64,000 nt of DNA. It comes from a virus. The translations under genes were made by a program, and so were the position numbers. The first letter of the stretch is position 1; each line of letters starts with the position of its first letter. Location of the stretch: IMG/VR virus record IMGVR_UViG_3300005264_000064, positions 1-64,000 of that record. One strand, written 5' to 3'. Of this stretch, positions 17,334-29,600 are shown one piece after another. Below the pieces are notes generated by a model that worked only from the letters and a program-made list of their open reading frames with translations, was not told where the DNA came from and did not search any database.

Positions 17334-19849
17334 TAGAGAGTATTATTGACGCAGTTGTGGACGTAGTTGAGGCGATTATAGACGCAATAGGGGATATATT
17401 AGAGTTTATATGGAAAGATATACTAATGCCTGTGTTCGAGTTTATAGTAGGTTTGTTTGGTATCGAGGATGAAGATGTAATATCAACACAGGTACTGACG
17501 CAGCGTGTTGTACAGGATGATGTTAAAATGAGTGACCTGATGACAAAGATTGCGTTGGAGGAACAACAAGCTCCTGTAGGTATAATAGATAGGCTACAGG
17601 CTTACTCAGAAATTACACGTAAAAGATATAGTGGCTACTTTACCTACGGTGACGAGACTTTCTTAGATGGTTTGCCCGAAGGGAATTTACGAGCACTAGC
17701 AATTAACGAAGGCGTGATAAAGACTACGATTGATAACATTTACGGGATTGACGCCACGCTCATAAGTACAGAGCTAGGTGTTGTAGATAAAGAGGCTTAT
17801 GTAGGGTTTCACCTTCAAGAGTCATACGGCTATACACCTTACAACAACGTCCTGCCTTATGGGGGTGTTGATTGGAGTGTATCTAATATAGATTATAACT
17901 ACACAACTGATGTGTACGACGTGTATATCAGGAGACAAGAAGATCAGACTACTACTACAACTACAACTACGACAATTTCAGTCACAGACAACGTACAAGG
18001 AGCAACAGCTCTTAGTAAGAGTGCGGAGGCTGCGACAACTTATGTTGAGCTGACGATTGACGGTAGCACGCACACAATCGACGTGAGTGAGGGTGCTTGG
18101 GCGTATAGCTTAGCGGGTTACGTGGATGGTAGTTACCTGTACACAGTGGTGGAATATGATGTTAGTGGTGTAGTAGTAACTACTTATGACGACACGGTGC
18201 TTGTTAATAACTACGAAGTAAAAAGAACCTTAGTAGAAGAGCGAGTAGTGGTTGTGGGAAGTATTCAAGGGGAGTTTAGTAATGTTGTAACTGTTCTCAG
18301 TGACACTTCTGAGGATGTCCTGGTAGGTACTACAGTTGAAAGTGTCGAAGATGTAGTAAGCGTTGTGGATGAGGTAGATGTAACATTTGCGACTGATATA
18401 CTCCAAGTAAACTCTTATGAACCTGTAAGGTACTATAAGGTAGTTTACTACACAGTTGACGCAGGTGAGTGGTTGTACTGGGTGTACAAAGCCGGTGCGG
18501 GGACGTACCCTGATGTTGACAACACTTCAGAGTACACAAAAGACTTAGACATGTTGCCAGTAATTACGGTGAGAAACAGCACGATTAGTATCAATGAGGA
18601 TAAGCAGAGTGCTAGGTATATTCAGTCTAAGAAGATGCTAAACTTCTTAGGTATAGAGATTGATAGCTTCACAGAAGGTATTGAGGAAAGTCCCAATATA
18701 GATACCATAGAGGACACATTTATACATTTCGGACTGTTACCAACAGATAACTCTAAGGTAGTTTCGAAAGTGTTGTTCAAGACTTTCGACTATGTGTTTT
18801 ACGACAGTGGTCTTAACCAAGAAGGAAAGTACGTCACAACAATGACGGAAGGTAGTTATAATGCAGCGATGTCCTGGTCTTCGCAGACAAGAGTGGTTGT
18901 TGATGGGATAATAGGAAGCAGAGGGCATTACGAGCATGCAATAGTAGGTAAAAACTTAGTCATGAAATGGCAGGCTGCAGAAGAGCAGTATGTAGTTTTA
19001 ACTATAACAAACTTAAGTAGTGTAACATTTATAGATAGGCAAGGGCTAGTAGGATGTGCCTCTAAAGATGTTGACAGGGACGGATTTTACGTACCTCTGT
19101 CTTACTTCTTTGTAACACAGCTTAGTCCACTGGAGCAGTATGAGTTGTATAACAGAAGCTTACTGCTATCGAACTACGCGGCAGATGTACAGCATTTGGA
19201 GTGGTATGAGACTGATGGGTTTATGAGCTTCTTGCAGATTATTGCAGTTATTATCACAATAGTTAGTTTTGGGTCAATGGCTTGGGTTAACGGAGTAGGG
19301 TTTACCGCTGCGGCAGTGACACAGGCAGCAGTAAATGTAGCGATAGGTTTAGCGGTATCGATAGGTGCCACAATGCTGTTAAAGCTGGTTATGGAAAGTA
19401 CTGACAGTGAATTTGTTAGAATACTCGCTGCGGTAGTATACATAGTTGGGATGTCCTATGGTGCAGGCATGGCAATGCCCACAGACGCAAGTATGCTGGT
19501 ACAAGGTGTTACAATGTTCGCTACAGTAGTGGCTACAGCAAGTACCGCAGTAAGTATTAACACTAACATTGAGATGGCTAAACTACAAGAAGAAATGGGC
19601 ATATTTAATACTAAACTTGAACAAAGAGAAGAGGAGTTAGACAAGGCACAGGAAGCTTTAGACGTGGGGTTGAGCGTGGAAGAAATTACAGGAATAGTAA
19701 GCCTAGAGTTAGAGCCTGCGTACTTGTACGGAGTTGATGCGATGATGCACAGGGCAGTGGGTATGCAGTACGAGTTTGGCACTATGTACGATTACGGACC
19801 TCTAGTTGGGGACTTTTATGAAAAGAAAAAGCAATTAGGTGTAGTTTAA
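17312..19849 (+). CDS. N4 gp53-like large virion protein with C-terminal transmembrane helices
   Basis: 845 aa, amphipathic N-terminus, HLEWYET followed by several hydrophobic helices and a coiled coil. Confidence 0.65.
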   Translation: MPGAKKVVESIIDAVVDVVEAIIDAIGDILEFIWKDILMPVFEFIVGLFGIEDEDVISTQVLTQRVVQDDVKMSDLMTKIALEEQQAPVGIIDRLQAYSEITRKRYSGYFTYGDETFLDGLPEGNLRALAINEGVIKTTIDNIYGIDATLISTELGVVDKEAYVGFHLQESYGYTPYNNVLPYGGVDWSVSNIDYNYTTDVYDVYIRRQEDQTTTTTTTTTISVTDNVQGATALSKSAEAATTYVELTIDGSTHTIDVSEGAWAYSLAGYVDGSYLYTVVEYDVSGVVVTTYDDTVLVNNYEVKRTLVEERVVVVGSIQGEFSNVVTVLSDTSEDVLVGTTVESVEDVVSVVDEVDVTFATDILQVNSYEPVRYYKVVYYTVDAGEWLYWVYKAGAGTYPDVDNTSEYTKDLDMLPVITVRNSTISINEDKQSARYIQSKKMLNFLGIEIDSFTEGIEESPNIDTIEDTFIHFGLLPTDNSKVVSKVLFKTFDYVFYDSGLNQEGKYVTTMTEGSYNAAMSWSSQTRVVVDGIIGSRGHYEHAIVGKNLVMKWQAAEEQYVVLTITNLSSVTFIDRQGLVGCASKDVDRDGFYVPLSYFFVTQLSPLEQYELYNRSLLLSNYAADVQHLEWYETDGFMSFLQIIAVIITIVSFGSMAWVNGVGFTAAAVTQAAVNVAIGLAVSIGATMLLKLVMESTDSEFVRILAAVVYIVGMSYGAGMAMPTDASMLVQGVTMFATVVATASTAVSINTNIEMAKLQEEMGIFNTKLEQREEELDKAQEALDVGLSVEEITGIVSLELEPAYLYGVDAMMHRAVGMQYEFGTMYDYGPLVGDFYEKKKQLGVV

Positions 19850-19867
19850 GGTAAGAAAGGGTATAAT
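19835..19867 (+). promoter_or_regulatory. Promoter (TTAGGT ... TTAAG ... GGTATAAT)
   Basis: TATAAT at 19862-19867 with the same 27-nt offset. Confidence 0.65.
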
Positions 19868-19893
19868 GATGAAAGATAGTATAGGAGAAAATA

Positions 19894-20448
19894 ATGACTA
19901 AAAATAAATATGGCAACACGTCGTTCAACACAAGACCTTCTACATACACGGATATGATGTATGGGACTGGGAAATATAAAAGCTATTCCCCCTCAATGTA
20001 CAGTGATGTGTACACAGGGGCACAAATGTCAGGCGGGCCTATTAAAGTAGCCCCCTCACAGGTTGGTGGATTCCCTGAAGGACTCGCCGGCAGTAAGCTA
20101 GCGGGGGTCTACGGGGCGGTAGGTACAAAAGTACCTCAGACGAAGACAGGTCCAGGTTGGATGGGTAAAGGTGGTTACTTGGATACAGGTGCTAGCGTTG
20201 TCGGTGCTCTTAGTGGGCTAGCAAGCGCATACACAGGGTACAAGGGGCTACAACTAGCTGAAGACGAATTTGAGTTTAATAAAGCATTGTCACAGACTAA
20301 CCTAGCTAATCAGGCGAAGTTGATTAATGAGCAAAGGCTTAACGCAGGTAATGTTGGACTCGCGCTAGCAGGGAACACTATGTCTGAAGCAGATAGGACA
20401 GCTACCAGAAGTAAAATTACTGCAGGCAATGTTGCCGGAAAGATATAG
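19894..20448 (+). CDS. N4 gp52-like ejection/virion protein
   Basis: GLASAYTGYKGLQLAEDEFEFNK...NLANQ, conserved position. Confidence 0.6.
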   Translation: MTKNKYGNTSFNTRPSTYTDMMYGTGKYKSYSPSMYSDVYTGAQMSGGPIKVAPSQVGGFPEGLAGSKLAGVYGAVGTKVPQTKTGPGWMGKGGYLDTGASVVGALSGLASAYTGYKGLQLAEDEFEFNKALSQTNLANQAKLINEQRLNAGNVGLALAGNTMSEADRTATRSKITAGNVAGKI

Positions 20449-20457
20449 GGAGACACT

Positions 20458-22398
20458 ATGGGTAGACCAATATCGTGGAAAGATGTAGGATTTAGAGGTG
20501 GAAGTGCAGCCAACATGGCAGTAGCTCAGCGGGGGTTTAATAACCTCGGCAAAGCTGCTAAGGACTTTCAAGATAAAATAGCAAAAGATGCTGCTTACGA
20601 GGATACGCTGCAGCAGAGAGCAATTGAGAATGAGAGAGCAGATACTAGTCTAAGACTGTTGCAGAATGCTGATACGAGAGCGCAAGGTGAGGTTACCAGA
20701 GCACTTACAAGTGAGCAGGCTATCAAGGACGCGCTTCTGGGTACAGCCAAGAGTGCAGCAATAGATAGCAAAGTAAACAACGCGTATGAAGAGTTGACTA
20801 AGAGGTTCAAAGGTAACTATGGTACTGGATTAGAGACAGATGAGTACACGCGAGAGTTGGACAAGCTCAACGCACAGGCGATAAACGCGCACAAGCAAGG
20901 GAATATCTTTGGAACTGTGTATGACTCACATGCCTATGGGCAGAGAGTGCTGGAGGAGGCCTTGAAAAATGGTGCGACCCCTAGTGAAGCGAAGGCTGCT
21001 GGTGTACATGCAGAGAAGATGTATGAGCAGAGATTGAGTAATGAGGACGCAGCACGTAAGGCACAGCTTCTGGGTACTATCAATGCTAGCGAGACAGCTA
21101 ATGTCAAAGCAATTATGGATAGTGTGTCGACCGTGACTAGCAAGACTGGGACCACCAGCGGAGGTAAGGGAAGCAGTAAAAGTGGTCCAGGTAGTAACAA
21201 AGCCTTTTGGACAACACCTGCTGCAATGAACATGGACGCCACAATAGCGACTCTTAAGAAGAACGGCGTGGACGACAGCTGGCTGAATACTGACGGGGAG
21301 TTAAAAGACGCAGGGAAATTGTCGGAGGTACTTAGGAGTGCGTATACTACAGACCCAAAGACAGGGAAAGTAGTATACTTCTCACCTAAGCTGCAGTCTG
21401 ACTTACTGACGAGAGCGATCGGGTCTAATACATTTGCGGGTAACCAAGTAGTTACTGATAGGCTAGTTAAGTTGATTGAAGAGGCTAAGAAAGATCCACT
21501 GTTGTTGCAGTCTATATCGTCTGGGCACGATGGTAGCAAGGGCGGGCGTACCAGCAGTGTGTCAGTGAAGTCGAAGCAGATGTCACAGGCACAGAGTGAC
21601 GCGATAGCTAGCCTTAGGACTCAGGCAAGAAACGCAAGGGCAGCGATTGAGAGAGAGTACGCGCTACCTACTGCCTCTAGCGAATTTAGTAAATACTTCG
21701 GAGGTGGACAAAAGACTGTAGAGCCTGCTGTAGTGAATGGAAGTAAGACGAACAAAGAGGGCAAGGTGTACAAGACAGCAGGTAATGACTTGCTGGTGGA
21801 AACAGTAAAGAAGACGAAGCCGAAGGTCGACAGCAGGGGTGGTACCCAGACAACGAATAGTACCGAAGGTACGAACGATGCGGATATACTGTCTAGAGCA
21901 TTCGAGCAATCAGATGCGCAGGCAGTTGAGAATGAGAAAGACGGGTTTGGGGGAGAGCAGCTAACAGCCTTAGAAAAAGCTGTAGCACTTCGTGCTGAGC
22001 AGCAAAAACAACGACAACTCGATACCCGTAACGACAGAGAAATTCTTAGGGACAGGCTGAAAACACAGGTAAATCCTACAGGCAGTGGCGGGCAAGATCC
22101 TTTTAACTTGAAGGATGCACGAGCACAACTTAGCTGGTTGAGTGATACTTTAGGGTTAAATGACAAAGGTATTAACATTGATATAGACCCTCGTAACTTG
22201 CAGAGTGGCCTATTCACACAGCAACCAACTAGTCCTCGTAGGAATAAAATGTTGCAAACTCCTCAACTAACTCCGTTGCAGTTAAGTGAAATAGCGAAGC
22301 AACCACCAGAGGAACTAGAGCGTACCTACAACAAATTAGGCGAGTTAGACAAGTTGTTGCTTGCGCAATACCTACAGACACATAGAAAGAAACAATAA
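20458..22398 (+). CDS. N4 gp51-like internal virion protein
   Basis: N-terminal PISWKDV, 646 aa, directly before the vRNAP. Confidence 0.55.
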   Translation: MGRPISWKDVGFRGGSAANMAVAQRGFNNLGKAAKDFQDKIAKDAAYEDTLQQRAIENERADTSLRLLQNADTRAQGEVTRALTSEQAIKDALLGTAKSAAIDSKVNNAYEELTKRFKGNYGTGLETDEYTRELDKLNAQAINAHKQGNIFGTVYDSHAYGQRVLEEALKNGATPSEAKAAGVHAEKMYEQRLSNEDAARKAQLLGTINASETANVKAIMDSVSTVTSKTGTTSGGKGSSKSGPGSNKAFWTTPAAMNMDATIATLKKNGVDDSWLNTDGELKDAGKLSEVLRSAYTTDPKTGKVVYFSPKLQSDLLTRAIGSNTFAGNQVVTDRLVKLIEEAKKDPLLLQSISSGHDGSKGGRTSSVSVKSKQMSQAQSDAIASLRTQARNARAAIEREYALPTASSEFSKYFGGGQKTVEPAVVNGSKTNKEGKVYKTAGNDLLVETVKKTKPKVDSRGGTQTTNSTEGTNDADILSRAFEQSDAQAVENEKDGFGGEQLTALEKAVALRAEQQKQRQLDTRNDREILRDRLKTQVNPTGSGGQDPFNLKDARAQLSWLSDTLGLNDKGINIDIDPRNLQSGLFTQQPTSPRRNKMLQTPQLTPLQLSEIAKQPPEELERTYNKLGELDKLLLAQYLQTHRKKQ

Positions 22399-22427
22399 GC
22401 TAACCTTAATGTGCTATCTGGTATACT
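22395..22427 (+). promoter_or_regulatory. Promoter upstream of vRNAP (ATAAGC ... GGTATACT)
   Basis: TATACT at 22422-22427, 27-nt offset. Confidence 0.6.
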
Positions 22428-22455
22428 ATACTAAGATAATGCATTAAGGAACATA

Positions 22456-23598
22456 ATGAAAGATATAAACTTAAACGACCTATTGCAGCCAGCTGACTTA
22501 GCGGTTGAGGGAGTTACAGCAGCGTTGCCTGCATATACACCAGATACTAATACAAATACAAGTAACCCGAAGGTAGCGGGACTAGAAGCACGTAAGAAAG
22601 CTAAAGTTACCTCGTTGTCTGGTACCTTTCAGGCTGATACACTGTTGAGGATGAACGACGCCGACAGTCTGGTAACTACATTGTCAGTAGCGGATGTAGA
22701 AGACCCGATGTATGCCGGTGGAAACACAAGAAGTGCGACGGATGTGAAGTACGGGTACGACGCTGTTGAGATAAGCCATGAGAGAGCCGACGGTAGTGTG
22801 AGTGACCCTCTTGCAGAGATTAAGAAAAATAAGTGGAAAAGACCTCAACTAGACTTAGTGGCAAGTTTGATGGGGAAGACTGTTGATGAGGTTACTAGCC
22901 AGGATGTGAATGACGTTGGTAACATGCAGCAGATACAGAAGTTGGCGGATCTTAGTAACCCTGAAGGTCATGGGTGGAAGGCTCCTCTGATTAAGGGTAG
23001 TGAACGCACGGATCTGACTGGGTACTACAAGGATGAAAATGGTAAAGACCTAGACATCCCGTTGAATATATCGATTACAAGTAAGCAGGTTGGTGAGGGT
23101 ACTTATAGACCGACGTACTCGTTTGGCAATGTCGATGGGTATGACGTGACTAAAGCGACTGAGAACGACCCTAGACTTAATGCGAATTATGCGTACGCAC
23201 AACAAGCTAGCGATGCAGATGCTGAGAGAATATACCAGAAGGCGTTAGCAGAGCTTAATGGTGATGGGTATTTAGAGACTATGATGAAGAACACTGCGGC
23301 TGGAGTTGGTGCGATGGCTGCTGATTCTGTTGATGCGGTATTTGACTTAGGTGCCGGAATAGGACAAAGAGCATATGAAGGCATTACCGGAAAGAAAGTA
23401 AAACCTGAGGACTTGAAGAACTTAGGTATGCTCGGATTTGAAGTGGACGACAATGGGTACGTCCAACATAAATGGGACTATGAGAAAGGCAAGGATGCCA
23501 TTGACAGTAAAAAGGCATACCAGAACTTACTTGGAGTTGATAATAGTAAAATAGAGGAGAGTGCTGCTGCATACACCAGTACTACCATATCGAAGTAG
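22456..23598 (+). CDS. N-terminal part of the virion RNA polymerase locus (frame-broken from 23610-31139)
   Basis: Strong RBS. The downstream ORF has only a GTG without RBS, in another frame. Confidence 0.5.
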   Translation: MKDINLNDLLQPADLAVEGVTAALPAYTPDTNTNTSNPKVAGLEARKKAKVTSLSGTFQADTLLRMNDADSLVTTLSVADVEDPMYAGGNTRSATDVKYGYDAVEISHERADGSVSDPLAEIKKNKWKRPQLDLVASLMGKTVDEVTSQDVNDVGNMQQIQKLADLSNPEGHGWKAPLIKGSERTDLTGYYKDENGKDLDIPLNISITSKQVGEGTYRPTYSFGNVDGYDVTKATENDPRLNANYAYAQQASDADAERIYQKALAELNGDGYLETMMKNTAAGVGAMAADSVDAVFDLGAGIGQRAYEGITGKKVKPEDLKNLGMLGFEVDDNGYVQHKWDYEKGKDAIDSKKAYQNLLGVDNSKIEESAAAYTSTTISK

Positions 23599-23609
23599 TA
23601 CCCCCATTA

Positions 23610-26600
23610 GTGGTCGACTCGTTTGTGTATATGAAAGCACTGATGAGTCCTAAAACTGCGGTACAAATGCTGATGGGTGCCACTAATCAACATCTTGAAG
23701 AAAGACTGAAGAATAATGATGGTGATCATGCTAACTGGGAAGAAGTACTAGCTGCAAGTGCAGGAACATCTGTGGAACTGGCTACGGACTTAATTGCAAG
23801 TAAAATGACCTTTGGGATAGGCAAAGGCGTAGGGGCAGTAAATAAGAGAATACTAGGTGCACTGTTCGGTGCAGCGGAGAAATCTAGTAAAAGTATGGTG
23901 AAAACTGTAGCAGTTAAAACAATGAAGACTATAGTCGGAGCTGGAGCAGTTGCCGCAGAAGAAGGCTTAACAGAAGCTGCACAAGAAGCAATGGGTGTCG
24001 TAATAGAGAGGCTACATACGGCAGGATACTCTGACGGTGACATAGATAAGATGTTTGACGAGAAGACTATGAAGAGAATCCGTGAAGCAGGGTATATGGG
24101 CGCATACATTGGTCATGGTCAAGCTGTTATGGGTAAAGGCTTGAATGCTGTCGGGTACGGTGCCGGAAAAGGTGCTAAAGGCCTGGCAGAGAAGATCAGT
24201 AACAAGTACAAGAAAGAGAGCGGTACCGATAAAGCAAGTAATAAAGCACGTGTCGCTGCGGTTAAGAAAAGGTTGCAGGCGGACCTGCGTACACGTGGCG
24301 AATACACGGACACTGTGGACTTAAGCGCACTACCTGATGAGGGGTTGATGGGGCAGTTCAAGGAGTTGAAAGTCCTGTATCAGGCATCTCAGCAGGTTGG
24401 CGATGATAGATTAGAGAAGGAATATGGTAAGAGACTGAAGTTGTTTACAACTGAAGTCGGTAAGAGACTTGGGGATAGAAAAGGTAGCGTAGAGGGACTA
24501 ATAGATAGACCGTTAGGGAATAGAGAAGTTGCCGGAGACTTCTACGACGAGGCGTTTGACGCAGCTGCAGAGGCTATTGATGACGGTAGTGCGGACTACG
24601 AGACAGCGAAGCTGATACACGCTTTAGGTGGGTTAGACGCTGTGAATATTGATGGTATTAACGACAACGTTAAGGACATGTTGAAGCAGATTGATGGTGA
24701 CTTGGCAGACGTGATGACAGCGGAGTTTGTTGATAAGAGTTCACAGAAAGATACTGCTATCGGGAAATTTGTTAAAGATAGTGCTATGGATAGAGTGGAG
24801 AGTATCGAGAAAGCATATAGAGATACGTCGGGTACTATCCAGAAGTTGCAGAATAAGTACATAAATGTACTGAAGAAGATCGGCAAGAGTAGAGTGAAGG
24901 ATGGTACCAGCACGAAAGGTGCTGGTGATACTGACTACAGTATTGGGTTAAAGGCGGTTGCTGCTGGAGAGAACGTAGAGGCATTGAGAGACCTGGTAGG
25001 TGAGACTAGTGATGCCGGGGTGGCTGTGAAAGACGTGATACAGCATTTGATTACGTTGCATAATAAGGAAGATAAGAACAGTACTGTCGTAGGTAAGAAA
25101 ATAAAGGTGGCTGAGGATAGGCTTAAGGGGCTTATCAGTAGGGCTAAGAGGGTCGGGGCGAAGATTAATACTAGTACGCAGAGGGCTGGGTACGAGACGT
25201 TAGTGACCACTGTGGCGGAGATCGGTGAGCTTAGAGCACAGGTAGAGGGTACGGAGGATGCTGAGAAGCGTGCCGAGGCTAGTGCTACCTTAGGGGTGTT
25301 AGAAAAGAGTTTGAATGAGCAGCTGATTGGTAACACGCTGTTTAATAAAGATGCTGTTATGGACAAGTTAGTAAGTAACTTGAAGGCAGTGAAGAAAAAG
25401 CAGGATGCAATTAAGGTACTTAGCAGCAAGAAAGATCTACAGGCGTTTATGAAAGCTTATGGGCGTAGCATTAAAAGTCCGAAGATAAGAAAGGCAGTTA
25501 ATGCTGCGATTAAGAAGATGAAGGCGACAGACAAGATTGGCGGTCTTAGTAAGGGCGTAAGAGCAGCTATACTGAGGGCGGCTAGGGTGAAGAGAACTGA
25601 GTTCTCAAAGAAGGTAAAAAGCACTGAGAGTGCAATCAGATTTGTTGGTCTGGAGAGATACAACGGTAATAGTGTAAAGAACGGTGCACTGGATATTATT
25701 GCTGGCGCGTTGGCAGATAAAGAAGTCACAGTTGTGAAGAGCATCGAGAAAAGAAAAGAGACTAAGAGTAGAGTTGACGAATTGCGCGAAACAGTGAAGT
25801 CACAGATAGCGGATGACACTGGGCTTGAGAGCTTGACAGTTAGTGGTAAAAAGAGACGCAAAGTAGCAGGTAATCTAGGTACGTTGGAGAAGACACTCGA
25901 AAGTGGGGAGAGTACCCAGAAAGAACTGAGAGAAGCGTATGCCTCGCTAGAAGCGTATAAGAGAAAGTTAGATGAAGAGCATAAGGAAGCGCTGGACAGT
26001 CTTAAGGAAGTTCATGAGATTAAAGCGGACATTGAAGAGAATGCTGTCGGGGATGCCTTTCAGGAGATGCTGATGAGTGTTATCAGCGAGCATGACGGGG
26101 TGTTGAGTAAGGCTGCTGTTGGTAGTTTTATAACTAGAGCTAAGGCTACTATATCAGCAACTGAGAGAAAAATAGAGCTTAAGGCGCAGTTCGATGCAGT
26201 AGGAATGCCTACAGTAGAGACTATTGATAGAGCACTCGAGTTAGGGTCTATTGATGATGAGGCTGCTGAATTGATGAAAGAGGTCATTGCTAGTGACCTT
26301 GACGCTGGAGAGATGAAAGTTTTCGGCGAGTTAGTTAAGTTTATGTATAGCATGGTTCCTGGGATGGACTCAGCGGATGTGCTTAGTGATGAAGATGTAG
26401 CAGGTGTACTAACTAGTTACCTTGAAAGTAGGGTGGACATGATGTCTAAGGCATCTAAGGTACTTGGGGCGAAGTCACCGATTAAGGTTGCTGTGAAGGA
26501 AGAGAAGATCGCAGGTATTCATGAGAAGACTGCGGAGACTATTGATAGATTTAGATCGACAAGGGAAGCAGTACAGCAAGATATGCAGGCTGAGTTGAGG

Positions 26601-29600
26601 AAGATTAGAACCGCTAAGACTATGCTGTCGGTGGATAGACGTAATAAAGAGCTATCTAGAAAGCAGAAGAGTGGCCTGCAAGCGTTGTTGAAAGACGCTG
26701 AGGATAATATCAAGAAACTTAAGAAGAGTTTGATGGTTGAGACGGGCCAGATGGTTAAGGTTATCAATGAGAGCTCTTTAGAGGCTGCAGTTAACGATGA
26801 GTTGAAGAAGCCTACAGGAAAAAGAAATAACGTAGGTAAGGTTGTTAATACTATTGAGAGTCACAATGAAGGTGGTAAGAACCATAAGGATGTGACATCA
26901 GCGTTGAATTCAATAGTGGCACTGACTGACATGGTTACTTTTAGTGACACTATGGCTAATAGCATTGACTTTGAGGCTCAAGAGGCGTTGAAGGCATTGG
27001 CAGATGACGTTAATGAAGTGCTAAGTGAGGCGTTTTATAAGGGTACTGATGTAGATTTTAATGTACATTTGTACGCGAAGAATGTAGTACAGAGATCGCT
27101 GATGACGTTGGCGGAAGGGGCTAACAAGAGTAAGCTGGAAGGTAAGGACCTTAAGTTTACAGATACTGTTGCATTTGCGATACATACGACGGCGATGAGT
27201 GTGCTGGACACAGAGTTACTGGGGTGGATCGGGTACAAGGATGACGAGCAGTTGAACAAGTTCTTCGGTAACCCTGAAGCGACGGGTGAGTTGCCCGGTA
27301 GTAATAAGGCAGGTAAGTTGAGACATGCGTACCCATTGAAGTATGCACAAGACCATGCAGGTAAGATATTTGCAAAAGCGTTGGGTATGGACTTTAAGAC
27401 AGCTGCAATTTCAGATAAGCAGAGAGCAATAATATACACGCAGTTGGGGCATATTATAATTACGTACATGAAGCAAGCTGGGTACCTGAAGAAAAAAGAC
27501 TTAGTTTACACTGTGGAACAGCAGAATGTGCATAGAGTTAAAGGTAACAAGATTACGTCGGCGTCAGCGGCTACTCAGAACTTTGTAGTGGTAAACGACC
27601 AGTACAAAGGTAAGAACGTTGAGAAGCTTAGAGCGTTGATAAATGAGGGTGGTATTAGTGACTTCCTGGATGTGTTTATGCCGGATAGAGAGGCGAATAA
27701 GAAGTTTGATACTGTGGTAGTGCACGGAAAGAATGATACCCCGAAGAATACGATGATAGGTAAGAACTTGTCAGTGTTGTCTCAGGATGCGATTAGCAGT
27801 GCGGAGAATACTGCGTATACGTTGAATCAGGAGAAGACAAAAGAAGTGCTGGCAGAGTACGATCAGTTGACTGTGAAAGAGGACGGTACACTCAAAGACC
27901 CTCATATGGACGAGGCAGAAATTGTCGAGTATGTTAATGAAGGGGTAGCGAGTAAGTTCTTCACTCAGTTCGGTGTGATGACGCCTAAAGAGATTGCTGG
28001 TAGTGCGATGCTGTATTCGGATAGAAATGCAGCGTATGAGAACTACAGCACATTCGTGCGTACTTTAGGGTACTTGAGAGAGCTTGATGATAATATTGAT
28101 AAGACTAGAAAAGACATAGCTAGTGTGATTGGTGGTGATAACGTAGGTGCGTTGCCTGTGTATACTAAGTACTTTTACAGTAAGAATGGTAGATTCTTTA
28201 TGGATGCAGCTAATGGCCTGAATCCGCAGACAGAGAAAGAACTGGCTAGATGGTTGTTGACTCCTAGTGGGACGACTAGCCAGGTGGTTACGAGTAAGGA
28301 AGTTATGACTGACGAGCGTAACAGCGGTGTGTTGAATGCTGCTGTTGGTGTAGCGCAGGCATTTGGGCACAGCATTGACAAGTCTACTACGACAGAGTCT
28401 ATTGCCTTTGGTACTAGAATGCTGCAGATGAACTTAGCTGAACTGAAGAGTATGCGTAACAGACTTGCGGCCGGTGAAGACGTGCAAGTTGAATATGGGT
28501 ACAGAGCGATTAACTTTGTCGATGGTAGTGAGAGTGGTGTACTGAAGAAGACTGCGTCTATTGGTAAAGAGCATGAGGTACAAAGACAAGTCGTGTTAGA
28601 TAGCTTGATTGAGAGAGCTAAAGGTAGTGACTCGTTGACTGCTCCGTACGAGATTGACGGTGTGACTAACGGTACTTACTTCAAGACAGCGGAGGCACCT
28701 GTTATCGAAGGGTTCGAGAGTATGTTGAGTAAGACCGGGTTTTATACTGAGAATATGAAGATCTTTGGAACTACTTTTGGGAAGTTGACGGTTAAGCCGT
28801 CGTCTCAGGATGTAATAGCGTTGACTAGACATGTTGCCGCGGGTAAGTCTGATGAGCAGATTGCAAAGGAGTTAGGCTTTGCAGAGCTGCAGATGAGTGC
28901 TGCAGAGAAGAAGTTCTTTAATGACGCGTACGTGTCTATCATTGATGGGTTTACTGTGTTGGAGACTGCTGATGATGCGATGGTATGGGTTAGAGATAGA
29001 CTAAAGAATCTCGACAAGGGCATGGTTAACGCTGGGATTGTGGCGATACCTCAGCTGTATGGTAGTGTAAGACACTTTATGCCGTCAGCGAAAGATAGGT
29101 TAGGTATGGTAACTAAGGCGTTTAGAGATTTTGTCAAATATCCGAAGATGACCTTCGACTACGGTGCGGCGGTGAATAACGTTAGAAAGACATTCGTTAA
29201 TGACATTACAAACGCAGTACTGACTAACGTGTTAACAGAGGCGCAAGAGTTGTTAGAGAGCACTGGAGACATTGACAGAAAGAAGTACGAGAGTCTTCTT
29301 GGCTTGCTTATAGCAGATGCTGCTAGCGCTACAGATAAGGACATTAGAAAGGCTGTGGCTGACGCTGTTGCCGGTATGCAGAAAATGGATATTGAGAAAG
29401 CTGTTAAGATGCCTAAAATGGCTAGCATGGATGTTGTGAAAATTAACGGTAAGATTGTTAGCGTAGGTAAGAACGTTACGTTGCACGGTATGGTCAGTCA
29501 GATGGTTGACGTCCTTGAAGGTAATATGATTAAAGATAAGCTGTTGAAGGACAGTAGTGCGCTGATTGATTATAATAATACGTTGAATACTGCTGCGAAG

